A DNA stretch of 54,597 nucleotides, counting the filler, from Jimgerdemannia flammicorona (lineage: Eukaryota): assembly GCA_003990765.1 (NCBI GenBank). It is 3 parts of 3 records of this genome, joined end to end, with 100 filler letters (N's around TTAATTAATTAA, not from the genome) between each part and the next. Parts side by side here need not be neighbours in the genome. Positions count along the whole stretch, not along the records: positions 36,469 to 54,597 come from RBNJ01002295.1; 2 more parts are not named here. One strand, 5' to 3'. Positions 39,530 through 53,028 of the stretch are shown here, one piece after another; position 1 is the first letter of the stretch; the number at the start of each line of letters is the position of its first letter. Made by a program: the position numbers and the translations under genes. The notes below the pieces were generated by a model. It searched no databases, was not told the origin of the DNA, and worked only from the letters and a program-made list of their open reading frames with translations.

Positions 39530-42500
39530 TGTTATATAGTGGGTACTGAGTCCTTCAAATATATCAGATTCTCTTCAAGATATATCTCTTAGACTAACTA
39601 CAAGTAGTTATAAGCAAGTTCTTATTGAAGTATCTTTCCAAGATCTTATAGTCCTCAAACTTCTTATCTTTAAACTATCTTATTATCTCTTAGATTACTT
39701 GTATGAAATTGAGTATAAGTGAACTAAGAAAACTGACTTTATTTAAAAGAAAATGAGAGGGGTATTTATACAAAATATAATTTAATGATTGCTAATATAT
39801 AAAGCTAAATATAAATTTTAATAACCAAATAAAATACTGAAATATAGAAAACTTCAGTTATAAGTACAAATTCAAGTGTCTGTATAATAGTTGTATAAGT
39901 TTAGGATATTGGTAGATTTCAGTTATATAAGAAAAGGATACTAGAAGATTTATATATTATAAGGAACTTAGAGCAGAATGTTCAGAACTCTGGAAGCTTC
40001 ACCTTTGTCACTATTATCAAGGTTAGAGATCAGAGACAGGATGTCTTTAAAGGAGATAAGATCAGCAAACATTTTGTCTATTTTACATATTTTATATATA
40101 TCACCAATTAGTGGGATGATATCATTACCGATGACATCATTATATTCAGCAATAGTAGAGAGAAGAGCAAGGAGATCTGGGGCTCTCTAATCTATAACAT
40201 TCTCTTCTACAAAATAAGAGACAAATATGGGGTCTTGGAGAGATCTAATCTGGATACTGGAACCTTGGAATACTGAGATCAATCCTTATAGGAATTGATC
40301 TAGATTGTTCTGGAGAATAAGATTCCAGAACTCTTCTATCTCATCACTATTGAGGGTGATAGTGGATTGGGCTTCTGTAGCCACCATGGTCTCTAGTATA
40401 TTTATATAGCAGACTGATAATTTCTTGAAGTCTGAGACTCTGGTATACTCTAAGTTGAAGATTGACCACAGTGTATATCTGAAGATCTGATGAATCTTCT
40501 TCACTATCCTTATTTCATATATATCTATAGAGGTGGTATCTTATATCTCTTGGAGACTGATCTGAGGAAATTTGCAGTAGAGGAGGTTTTCTATTTTATA
40601 TTCCTACTATATTCAAAGGTATTTAGTAGCAATAGTGATTCTTATTTCTATTTCATAATAGTAGAGGATAAAGTGATAAGGGTTACCAGTACTTGAGTTG
40701 AGACTAGAAGTTCTTCTGGTATAAGTCTTCATAGCTCTTCTGATGTCTTGGAACATTCTTTCTTAAACTGAGAGACCTTAGTAGTTTCTAGGCCTTAAGA
40801 TTTGACAGGCAGCAGGTATTTTGTTTATAGTGAGTCTTTGAACTATTTTGGAGTTTTGTGAGTCTTATTTGAATTGCTACTGCTATAGTTCCTTAGTTCT
40901 TCTTTTATATTCCTTGAGATATCTATTCTATAATCATAATGACTCATGATTGATTATTATTGCTCATCTTGTAGTCTGGATAAGTTATGCTATATGATCT
41001 TCTTATACTCCAATCTGGTGACTTGTAAGGAAAGGCTATCTTCTATGATGATATCACTATTCTGAGGTCACTATTATATCTTCCTTCTGAATAAGGATCT
41101 TCTCTTGAATATCCTTATTCATTGATTCAGTCTGAAAAATTTACTGATCCTATAACCTCTGACAGGGGGTCAAAAAGTGGTATTTATGGGCTAATATCTT
41201 TTTTATGTATTTTGGCATAATGGTGAAGGGTTGCTCTCTTTATATAGAATAAGGACCTGCTTGCTGGTCATAGGACATGCTGTTATAATTCATAGACTAG
41301 AATCTAGTAGGTGGTCATTATGTTTTACTTCTCTTGTATAAGTTCATGGTACTTCTTGAGTCTATTTCTATATACCATGGTAGGCAGTATGGTCTCTGAG
41401 AGTTTCCTAAGCTAGAAGATAGTTCCCTTGATATCTTGGACATAGAAGAATCCTTTCTATTTGGGCTCTAGTTTTCATAATCATGAGACTTCTATCATAT
41501 TTTAATATAGTAGAATCTTTTCTCTGATTTGAATGGATTCTAGAGTCTTGTGATTCTTTTCTATATTCTTTCTTATTAGTACTTATGACTTGATGATGTA
41601 ATCTTTTACCTTCTTTCTGATTTGATATAGTCTCTGGATTTCTGAGTCAATCCATCACCAGTTAGGTCTAGATTTGTAGCTGAGGTTCTATCAGAATCTT
41701 CTTCTCTGAAGAGCAGTTCTCTTGGAGTAAAGTGTGTACTCTGTGACTATATATCTCATAAGACAGAGAGGGTAGTTGGGAGGTAGTTATCCTAATTCTT
41801 ATATGTTTCTGAGATCTTGGCTAGGATGTTCTTAAGGGTCTTATTGATTCTTTCTGTCTGTCTATTTTCTTAAGAGTAATGTGCAGTAGTCTTGATATAC
41901 TAAATCTTATATTTCTGATATATTATCTTGTAGAATCTATTGACAAATTCTGTGCCATGATCTGTAGTAATTTGTCTTAGTGTCTTATAGCAGTAGATGA
42001 TTTCTTGATATAGAAAGTCAGCAATAGAGAGAGTATTGGCTTCTTATAATACTTCTGCTTCTATCTATTTAGTAAAGAGGTTTACAATAACTATGATATA
42101 GTTGTTTTCTGATAGAGTTACTGGTAGTGGTCTAATGATGTTCATTATGATGTGGTCAAAAGAGATAGGTTCAATTCTTAATGATCCAAGTGCCTGGTCT
42201 TACTGATCTTGTTTCTGTTTTTAGCACTTGTTATATCTTTTGACAAATTGGTACAGATCTTCTTTCATCTTTGGCCACTATATAGTTCTTCTTACCTTAT
42301 CATATGTATTGATTTCTCCTAGATATTCTTATACATATACTTCCTTCATTACTTAATACTTCTTATATTTAGATATTATAAGCTTTTCTCCTTTTCTGAG
42401 TATAGTGTTGTCTAGTTTAAATTGTTTCCAAGTCTAGTTAATAATAGTAATAGTCCAGAGTTTGAGGTGGTTGGGCATCTTTCACTGTCCAAAGGTAGCT

Positions 42501-45500
42501 GATTAATCTATAGTATAACTCCTTATTCATATTAAATAATCTTAGTAGGGGTGTTTTAGAGTATCTTTAAAAGTATATCAGTATTGGTGTTGGTTTTTTC
42601 TGAGCAGTGTTTGACAGTACAGTCATACTCTTATAGTCTGTAGATCTATCTGATATATATTCCTTTGGGTTCAGAGTATAGAATAGCCAGGTAAAAGCAG
42701 AGTAGTCTGTTTGAATAGTAAAGTATTTCCCAGCTAGGTAGTAGTAGAACTTGTCTACTGCCCAGACTACTGCTAAGTATTTAAGCTTATATAACTTGTA
42801 GTTCTGTTCTGCTCTACAGATATCTTGGCTTACATAGGAGATGACATATTCATGTCTATCTTTCTTCTGAGCTAGTACTGCTCCAAGTTCTATAGTACTT
42901 GTATCTATCTACAGAATGAACTCTAGGTTTCAATCTGGTCTTCTGAGGATGGGTGCTTAGATCAACCTGATCTTGAGTTCATTGAAGATTTCTTGATATT
43001 CCTTAGTCTATTTAAATTTGGTCTCCTTCTTCAGTAACTTGTAGATAGATACTGCAATGTTAGAGTATCTTTTGATAAATCTTCTATAGTAGAAGGCTAG
43101 TTCAAGGAAGGCATAGACTTCTATAGTTGTTCTGAGTCTTGGGTAGACTGCAATAGCCTCAATCTTCATAGAATCTATATAAATTCCAATCTAGTTGATA
43201 ATGTGCTTTAGATAGACAATTTCTTAAGCTGTAAACTTACACTTCTTGGGCTTGATGTAGAGGTCATGCTTCTTGAGCTTCTTGAGGGCTAGCTATATAT
43301 AGTTGATATATTTCTCTGTACAGTATTGCTGAAGATAATCATATCATCAATATAGATAAAGAGTTATTTTCCAATCTCATTGCTGAAGACTCTGTTCATC
43401 ATTCACTAAAAACTTGCTGGAGCATTGTATATTCCAAATAGTATTCATAGGTAGACATAGGTGATATCAGGTATAATAAAGACTAATTTCTTACTAGTAT
43501 CTTAAGTGAGACTGATCTGATGGAAGTCTGAGAATATATCCAAGATAGTGTAATATTTGGCTTTGCTTATAAGAGTGGTAAGGATTTCTTGAATATTCAG
43601 TAAGAGCTGTCTATCCTTCTTAGTGATTATATTGAGCTTTCTGTAATCAATACAGAGTCTTGGGGTAAACTCTCCAGGCTTGCTTCCTTTCTTTGGAGCA
43701 AGGACAATAGGTGAAGCCTAGGAACTAATAACTTATTTAATGATAATGACTTCTTCCATTTTCTTGAGTTCTGTTTGTAGCTATTCTCTGTAGGCAAGTG
43801 GTATAGATCTGATTTTCTGATAAATGGGCTTAGTATCACTGGTATCAACTTCATAGTAGTACTTGGGTTCTTGATTGTAGATGTCCCTAAAGTCTGTGGC
43901 AAGTACTCCTTCATTCTGATATAGGATCTTAAGAAGTTGTTCTTCTAGGGGAAAGTTTTCTCTAATGGTATATGTGTACTTATTCTGGTCCTTATCTATC
44001 TTGTACTCAAGTTCAGTAATCTTAGTAGCAGTATAAGCTTCTCTTCTAGTAGATCTAAAACCTTATTCTCCTCTTTTAATCTTAATGAGTTTGATGGCTT
44101 CAGTGATCTTAGACTTCTTGACTTTATAGATTAGCATCTGACTAATTCTGTCATGCTTCTTGACTTCAAATGGGGTGGTGGAGTTGTGATTTCTGACTAT
44201 AAGAAAGATCTCACCAGTGTAATCAGAGTTAATGACTCCTTCTTTAACTGAGATTTTGCTCTTAGCCAGACTGCTCCTAGTCTTGATAATTTTAGTATGG
44301 TTCTCTGATAACTTGACTCTAATTCTAGTACCAAGTAGAGTAGTAGTTTGTGATTCAAAAATAGTATCTTAGATACTAGTAAAGTCCATTCCTATGGCTT
44401 CTTTAGTCTTGTATTCTAGGATCTTGGCTTTAGGGTAAAACTTCTTGACCTTGAGAGTGATGTCTGGTTCTTGTTCTTCCTTATTATTACTATCAGCTTA
44501 AAGCTCTGGGAGCTGGTCATCTTCTTCAGCTTTTCTTTTTGCTTCAGCAACTTCTTGCTCATACCTTTGTTGATAGATTTTTCTGACTTCACTGATATAG
44601 AACTAGTAGTCATTGAGGTGTTCAGAGCAATATATCTTAGTACTATGGGGGTATCTTCCTTGAGGGATATAGTCATTAATGATTTTGTTGTACTATTGCT
44701 CATCTGTAAGCTTAATTGTCTTGCTCTTGTTCTTATATACTAAGTGCATAAAGACTTCTGTATCCTCTTCATCTTCTTTCTCTATATCTAGTAGTACTTC
44801 TTTGTGGATATTGATAAAGACTTATATCTTTCTTTCTCTATAGTTAATCTGCATCTTCTGGATATTGAGGTCAATGATAGCCTTGGTCTTGTAAAGCTAT
44901 TGGTTATCAATAAGGATATCATAATTAGTAGTACTTGTAATAATTACATCTACTGAGATAGTAGCTTCTCTAATCTTGATAGAGACTTCTCAGATCTTAC
45001 CTAGAGGGGTAACTCATATACTATCTGCTATAACATAGACTATTTTGGTAGATTCTTCAATATCCCAGCCTAGGTAGTTAATTGCCTTCTTGCTTATGAA
45101 GTATTTTCCAGCACTGATATTAATGATAGCATCAAAGATACAATCTTCAATCTGATATTGAGTATAGGCTGAGGTCTTGTACTAATCTTCAGATTCTTTG
45201 CCTAAGTCTTTTTGTTCATCTTTTTGTATATTGTAAGCTTCTATGATCTTATACTCTTGGTTCTTGATAGTAGTTATAAGTCTTACTCTCAACTGCTGTC
45301 TGAAGGCAGAGACTTCTACTAGTTGTCCCAAAGTAGCATTGACCTTCTATTTCTTGAGATCCTTGTAGATATCATACTGGTAGATCTTGATCTTGTATAG
45401 CTTTTGTTCTTTCTTGCTTTCACTTTCTTCTGAGACTAGAGTAGTATCTTTAATAATTTGGCAGACAGCTTCATCTAACTCTATGTTTTGATCAATCTCC

Positions 45501-48500
45501 TCAGGTTGGGTCTTACTTTGAATAGTGATAATTGAGGTCTTTTCTAGTCTTTCAACTGGCTTGCTGTTACTCTTCTTATTATAGAGCTTGGACCAGATTT
45601 TGGTAGGTTTAGTAATAAGATAAAATTCAGACTCCTTATAGTATTCTTCATCATCAGTATTACCAATCTCCTCAATGACTACTGTATTGGTTTACTCTCT
45701 AGTTCTGGTAGTATTACTTAGTTGAGCTCTGTACCTTGTTTCAGTTATACAACTCTTTGTATAGTGGCCTTCTTCTCTATATTTGAAGTATATAATAGTA
45801 TATTCCTCTGTAGTAGCTGCAAACTTCTGCACTAGTCTCCTGTTAGTACTTCATACTTCTCTAATAATATCACTAAGATATATAGTCATCTTGGCAAACT
45901 ACTAGGTGAGTTCCTTCACTGAGTCAGCTTTGGCCTTATGGGGGGTAGATAGGAATAGTTGTCTATTGATAGCTATAGTGAGTATGATATTGGTTAGCTT
46001 TAGTAACTCTATCTTGATGCTAGTTATTCTTTCTATTAAGTGTTTAGTAGGGTGTCTGGCAGTTCAATATCTCTATACAAAGACCACTTTCTGGTCAAGG
46101 ATCAGAGTAGCTGAGATAGATCAGATTGCTAGGGTGATTTTAGGGTAGACTTTTTTGAGTAAAGTTAAATCAGCTATTTATTTCTTAAGAGTATCATTAT
46201 AGCTAGCCAAGATAATCAGATGGCAGATTCAGATATAGAATGAGTTGAGATCTTCACTGAGTCTCTGGTAGATAGTATTGAGTTGATCTTTGAGAGCTTG
46301 CTTGATCTCTTTAGTATAGTATATAGTTCTGAGGAAGTTTTTTATATTGGCAAGTTTGGCTGTACCAGTATCAGCAATAGTAGTTATATTGAACTTATCT
46401 CTAATAGGTCCTCTGAGGCTGACTGATAGAAGGACCAATTGTACATCTATAGTAAGAGCTTATATAATAGCAAATTATTCAAAGTCTTCAATGAAGATCA
46501 GGATTGACTTTTTAGTAATAAATCTATAGAATGTGGAGAGATGCATTTCTATCTTATCTTGAATTCTTACAGGAGTAACTCTTGTAGTCAGGGTAGTTGT
46601 TGTAGTAGTTATTCATTTTTTTAGCTTGAAAGTGAGAGATTCATCTTGAATCACCAATCAATGAGCACTAAGTTGTTATGTAGTGAGTGCTGAGTCCTTC
46701 AAATATATCAGATTCTCTTCAAGATATATCTCTTAGACTAACCTCAAGTTTGTTATAAACAAGTTCTTATTAGAGTACCTTCTGAAGATCTTATAGTCCT
46801 CAAACTTCTTATCTTTAAACTATCTTGTTATCTCTTAGATTACTTGTATAGAATTGAGTATAAGTGAACTAAGAGAACTGACTTTATTTCAAAAAAAAAA
46901 TGAGAGAGGTATTTATATAAAATATAATTCAATAGTTGCTAAGATATAAAGCTAAATATAAATTTCAATAACTAAATAAAATACTGAAATACAGAAAACT
47001 TTAATTGTAAGTATAAATTCAAGTATCTATATAATAGTTATATAAGTTTAGGATACTGATAGATTTCAGTTATATAAGAAAAGAATACCAGAAGATTTAA
47101 GTATTATAAGAAACTTAGAGCAGAATGTTCAGAACTCTGGAGGCTTCATCTTCATCACTATTATTAAGGTTAGAGATCAGGAATAGGATATCTTTAAAGA
47201 AGATAAAATTAGTGAATATTTTGTCCATTTTGCATATTTTGTACATGTTACTGATTAGCAAGATGATATCATCACTGATGATATCATTATATTTAACAGT
47301 AGTAGAGAGGAGAGCAAGGAGATTCAGAACTCTCTAATCTATAACATTCTTTTCTACAAAATAAAGGACAAATGTGGGGTCTTGGAGAGGTCTAACCTAA
47401 ATACTGAGACCTTGGAATACTGAGATCAATCTTTATAGAAATTGATCTAGATTGTCCTAAAGGATAGAATTTCAGAACTCTTCTATCTCATCACTATTGA
47501 GAGTGATAGTAGATTGAGCTTCTGTAATCACTATGGCTAGTACTCCCAATGAATTGAATTAAATCAAATTAGACCCAAATTTGATTTGATTCGAAAACTT
47601 CAAATCAAATTGAGGTCCAATTCAATTTGAATCAATTTGAATTGAGGTCTAATTTGATTTGAGGTCCAATTTGAACTCTATTTTTAGAAATTAAATAACT
47701 TGACAAATATATATCCAAATTCAATGATCTTTAGCTTATTAGATTCCTCTTATATAGGGGAATCTAACAAGCTAAAGATTATTGAATTTGGACATATATT
47801 TGTTGAGTTATTATATTTCTAAAAATAGTTTTTAAATCAGACTCTTAATTAGATTCGAAATTTATTCAATTTGAACTCAATTAGAATTAAAAAATTCCCA
47901 ATTCAATTTGATTTGAATGACCCTCAATTTGATTTGATTTAAATTGATTCAATTTATTTGGAAGCACTAACTATGGCCTCTAGTACATTTGTGTGGCAGA
48001 CTGATAATTCCTTGAAGTCTGAAACTCTAATATACTCTAAGTTGGAAATTAATCATAGTATATGTCTGAAGATTTGATGAATCTTCTTTGCTGTTCTTAT
48101 TTCATATGTATCTATAGGAGTAGTATCTTATATTTCTTAGAGACTGGTCTGAGAGAATTCTCAGTAGAGGAGGTTTTCTATTTCATATTCCTACCATATC
48201 TAGAGGTATTTAATAGTAATAGTAATTCTTGTTTCCATTTCACAGTAATAGAGGATAAAGTAATAAGAGTCACTAGTACCCAGATTGAGGCTAGGAGTCT
48301 TTCTGATATAGGTTCTCATAGCTCTTCTGATGTCTTAGAATATTCTTTTTTAGACTGAGAGACCTTAGTGATTTCTGGACCTTGAGATTTGGCAAGCAGT
48401 AGACATTTTGTTTATAGTAAGTCTTTGAACTATTTTGGAGTTTTGTAAGTCTTGTTTGAATTGCTGCTACTGTAGTTTCTTAGTTCTTCTTTTATATTCC

Positions 48501-48556
48501 TTGAGATGTCTATCTTGTGATCATAATAACTCATAGTTGATTATCATTACTTATCT
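39530..48556 (-). mobile_element. Ty3/Gypsy copy B, near complete and more mutated. 3' LTR 39530-41078; 5' LTR 46674-48556, interrupted by a MITE and cut by a LINE.
   Basis: Colinear with copy A throughout. PPT relic at 41079-41088. PBS-like TAGTGCTCATTGATTGG (TGG>TAG) at ~46654-46670, 3 nt from the LTR. Confidence 0.93.
47538..47969. mobile_element. hAT-type MITE family 2 with central hairpin
   Basis: 8-bp TSD ACTATGGC at 47530-47537 and 47970-47977. TIRs TAGTACTCCCAATGAATTGAAT / ATTCAATTTATTTGGAAGCACTA. The host LTR resumes exactly after the TSD. Confidence 0.92.
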
Positions 48557-48638
48557 CATCTTTCTCCGCTATATTTCATATTACACACATTTTACAAATA
48601 CACTTTCGATTTGTTTATTAGAGAAAGATATTAAGAAG

Positions 48639-50673
48639 ATGTCAAGCAGCAAGCAAGCCGATATGCATACTAGGTTGGGTGGACCTGGGGCTTTCGACTA
48701 GCAGCATGTTGGGAGGGGGCATGGGCTGGGGATGGGGTCTTTTGGTGGCTCAAGTGGAATGGTCAGCTTAGGTAGTGAAGGCAGTGCCAGTGGGGGGACT
48801 GGAGGGCAGCAGGGGAGGAGCTTTGCGGACATGCTGAGGACAGGGGGTTGGCCGAGGGGAACACGCAGTGATCAGGCAGGTGGGAAGGGGAAACAGAAGA
48901 TGGGAAATGCTGGGGGGGCTGGGCCTTCGCAGGTGGGAGGTGGGGGAAGTAGAGGGACTGCTGGGGGTAGTGGCGGGACTGCTGATAGTGGTGTGACAGT
49001 GAATCTGGAAAAAAAAAGAGATGTGATGGCTGATAGTCAGGGGGGGGCAGGGGTTCCCAATGTGGAAAGGCGACCTGGAAGATGGTGTAACAGGACTGGC
49101 AGTGGCCCCATTGCTCAAGAAGTCGATTTTGGAGTTCACGGCTACCTTGTGCTTCCAGGGCTGGGCAGTGATGGTAAGGATGGTCCTGGGGCTTATCTCA
49201 AAGCAGGTGGCTGGGGTGGCCTCAGTGAAATTCTTGAAGGGCCTGGAGGGGGTTGAGGTGGGCTTTGAGGAGACAGGCCTACTGGATGAGGCCCTGAAGG
49301 CTAGAGTGGTGGTTGGGGAGGTAGCGGTCCCCTTGGTGAGGTGCTTGAGGTGGGACCCCAGGGTGGTGCAGCTTCTGGTAAGGGGGGTGTCCATGGTGAC
49401 TAAGGAGGAGACTCAGAGGAGAGTGGAGGAGGTGATGGCAGAGTATGGGGATGTTGTGGATGTCAGCTTTCAGGTGTAGGAGGGGACGATGATCAGGACA
49501 GGTGATGTCGATGTCAGGATTCGGCTGGCAGGGAAGGAGGCCACTGGGAAGATGAGTGGCTGGCCCTTGGTGTTGATGTGGGGGGCCTTTGTCTGTAAGG
49601 TGTTGCGGATGAAAGGGAGTGAAGAGGAGGAGGAGGACTTGTTGGAGGCGCTGGAGGAGTTGGGTGGTGCAGTAGAGAGGAGGGCAAAAGCCTGGAAGCT
49701 CTATGAGGAGTCGACACACCTGGAGATTGTAGAGGGGAAGTATGTCCATACTGACAAGAGACAGTGGGAGCAGGCCCAAGGGTGCTTGAGGTAGAGGGAG
49801 CTCTTGGTGAGTATGACAGGAGGGGCGAAGAGGAAGGTAGATGAGGCTGAGGGGTCTGGAGGTGTTGAAGCCAGTGTATGGGCTGGTAAAGCTAGAAAGG
49901 AGCCAGTGGTGACAGAGGAATGGACTGCGAAGGTGCTGGGTAAGAATCCTTATGCCAATGGTACTTTCGAGGTCTGGGAGGAGGATTCGGATGGCACCCC
50001 CCCCCTACTTGTCAGGAGGGGCCCGATGGGATGGAGAGGGGCAGCAGAAGATATACCAATGCATGGGGCCCAGCAAGTTACCTTTGGGGTCCCAGATGTG
50101 GTGAAAGGGGGCCAGGTGGTGGTGGTTGGTGAGGACGAGCTGGTGGATGTCCTGGAGGAGGAGTGGAATGAAGATGCTAGTATTGGTGCTGATACTATGA
50201 TGATGGATGCTGGGTGGCTGGGGACCCCTGGAGAGAAGGAGATTGGGAATCTGCTGTGGATGAGCAAGGTGATGGATAACCTTGTAGCTGAGGTGTTGGG
50301 GGAAGTAGATCTGAGGGTCATGCCGAAGGAGCACTGGGCACAGATTCTGCAAGGTGATAGAGTGGTGGAGGCGCTGAAGATGGAGATTCTCACAATATTA
50401 CTGGAGGACGAGGGTTATGAGATGGATGAGGTGAGGAAGGCTGAGCTGGTGGGTATCACTGGTGAGCGGGCTGCCTATTGTTGGGCAGAATGCCATGGTC
50501 TGCAGTTCTGGCAGGAGGCCTGTGGGGAGTATCGGGAGGACTTTGAAGAGAAAGAGGATGGGGCAATGGTTGAACTTCTGGAGGGATTGGAGGCACAGGG
50601 AGCTGAGGAGAAGGAACTGGCTGTGGAACACATCTTGGATTTGGTGCAGGAGGACTTGAGTGCAGATTTGTAG
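48639..50673 (+). pseudogene. LINE ORF1 (~680 codons; Gly-rich N-terminus, acidic C-terminus)
   Basis: ATG at 48639 is in frame with the track ORF at 48732. One frameshift near the G-run at ~49040 and a few TAG stops. Homologous to the ORF1 relics at ~15600-15900 and ~22750-23060. Confidence 0.75.
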
Positions 50674-50704
50674 AGGAGAGGTTTAATCTTTAACAATATT
50701 CCTC

Positions 50705-53028
50705 ATAAACAGTACAACTAATATTTTCTCTCTCAATGTGAATGGCCTTAGCAGATCTGGGCAGTGTAAGAACATTTTTACATGGCTAAAGGAATTGGAG
50801 GCTGATCTCTTCTTACTGCAGGATGTATGGTGTGAGGATGAGGATGATCAGATAGAGTGGACTAGGGAATGGGGTGGGGCTACTGCTTGGTTTGGAAAGA
50901 TGGCAATTCTGGTAAAGAAGGGTAGAGGAGATTTGGAGGGAATCCAGAGCTGGGGTGACCGCTTGGTCTGGGGTGAATGGCACTGGCCAGAGTGGAAAGC
51001 AGTGAGGGTGGGCTCTTGTTACTATCTGGTGGCTAGAGGAGAGAGGATCGCATGGATTAAGGAGCTACTGGAGGAGGGCATTCTCTTGAAAGAAGGGGTC
51101 GATGTTATTGGTGGTGATTTTAACATGGTTCGAGATGTGCAGCTGGATAGGACTGATGGCGGGAGGAACACAGGCAGGAGGAGTGGCAGTCTAGATGTGT
51201 GGGAGGAGGTAGAAAACCTTAGCTCCTTAGGGGATATGGGCCAAACATGGTGGGGCGACACCAGGATCTATACGCACTGGGTGAATGGCTTAGGGACAAG
51301 GATTGACTGGATTCTGACAGCTGAATGTTGGGGTGCTGGTATCTGGAAGTCTTTGGAGATAGTGTGGTGCCTGTGGTCTGATCACTGGGGACTGTTTGGA
51401 CAGGGGCAGTTTGGGGGAAGTGGAGATGGACCCGGACATTGGTGTCTTAACTCCTCTCTGCTGGCTGAGAAGGGGTTGTAGGATTCATGGGTGGAGGATG
51501 TCCAGGCAATGATTCCACTTTGGAGGTGGGAGGGTTTGCCTGTGAGTATCCATTGGATGAGATTGAAGGAGACTGTGAGGGTCTATTGGGATAGAGCTGG
51601 TAGAGAGGTAGGGAGATAGAGGAGGAGGCATATACAGTGTACTTTCAATAGGCTGAGGAGAGTGCAGTTGAAGTGAGTGGATTTGCTTATGTCTGATGAG
51701 GTGGAGGATTAGAGGTTAGAAAGGGCAAAATTGGAAGTTGTCGAACTGCAATAGGTGTTGAGAGAGGAGGAGGAGACTTATATACAAGGAATGGCAGCCA
51801 AGCTAAGATGGCAGGGACTTGAGGAGGGGGAGTGGCCTACTAGGTACTTGTCTAGACTCCTCAAAGCCAGGCAGGTGAGATATTGGTGGAATGGGATCTT
51901 GGATGCTGAGGGAGAGTTGGTGCATGGTATGCAGTGGATCCTGGGAGTATTGAAGGAGAATTGGTGGAGTCTGTGGAGTGAGAAAGAAGGAGGTGCTGAT
52001 GCTGAGGTGATTGGTAACACACTGGAGGAGTGGGAGCCACTGCAGGTAGAGGGGCTGGGTGACTTGAGCTTGCTAGTTCAAGAGGAGAAGATCTGAGGAG
52101 TCCTGGCAGCAACCAAACTTGAGACAGCGCCGGGAGAGGATGGGTTGCCATGGGACTTCTGGAAGAAGATGGTAACAATCCCTGGGATGCTGGGAGAGAT
52201 GGCAGCTCTTTGTGACTATGTTCTTCTAAGTGGTATGTGGGTTGGTGAGCAGGACTTAGGGCTGGTGGCCCTATTGTTCAAAGACAAGGGCCGGCGTGAG
52301 GATTAGAAGAACTGGAGGCTGATCATGCTCCTGGATATAGATTGGAAGTTAGTGACTAAGGTGATTGTTGCAAGGCTACAGAAGATTGCTCAACAGGTGC
52401 TGGGTGAGGAGCAGCAGGGCTTTGTAGGAGGTAGACTTATCAGAGATGGAACTGCCTGAGTGCATGGCATCATTGAAGGAGCCCGGGCCTGTAGACTGGA
52501 TGGTAGACTGGTCTTTTTGGACCAGGAGAAGGCCTATGACTATGTTCGGCAGGTTTGGCTGGGCAAGGTACTGGACAGGATTGGCATTCCGCCACAGTTT
52601 CAGGCCTCTATGTTGAGTTTGTTGGAAGGGAGTAGAGTGGCACTGATGTGTAATGATCACAGGGGTTTGGCATTCCCCTTGGGGAGAGGAGTCCCTCAAG
52701 GAGACCCGCTGTCCCCTATTCTTTATGCACTCTCCTTGGAACCTTTGATGGATAGGATCTGTAAGAAGGTGGCTGGGCTCTCTGTGTATGGCATGGAGTG
52801 GAAGGTGGGGGCCTTTGTGGATGATATGGTAGTTGGACTTGGATCAGTAGTGGATGTAGAGACTCTTCAGGAAACAGTGGAGTGGTATGAGGTGCACTCT
52901 GGAGCGAGGCTCAACTGACATAAGTATGAGACGATAGTGCTGGGGAATGGACTAGTGGGAGGGGATGTCATTGGAACAATTGTCCCCACAGGAGAGGTGG
53001 TGAGGTATCTCAGTATCTTTCTCTCTAT
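50705..53028 (+). pseudogene. LINE ORF2 (APE endonuclease + reverse transcriptase)
   Basis: Start ATA-AAC-AGT-ACA-ACT, which is ATG in the copy at ~21250. Motifs as above. Nonsense codons are TAG/TGA. Confidence 0.88.

Larger units (their letters stand above)
48557..53028 (+). mobile_element. Relatively young L1/Tx1-type LINE, interrupted at 53029
   Basis: 5' end CATCTTTCTC, ORF1 and ORF2 present. Endonuclease motifs SLNVNG, GGDFN, RIDW, SDH. RT motifs QGDPLSP, FVDD. Confidence 0.95.

Noticed and set aside
46663..46670. GAGCACTA identical to the MITE terminus
   Set aside because: It lies 3 nt from the 5' LTR where the PBS belongs. It is better explained as TGGTGCTC mutated to TAGTGCTC, and there is no MITE body.
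48768..52699. Numerous antisense ORFs over the LINE (and Ser/Leu/Ile-rich ORFs over other TEs)
   Set aside because: These are shadow frames of biased-composition TE coding sequence and have no independent motifs.
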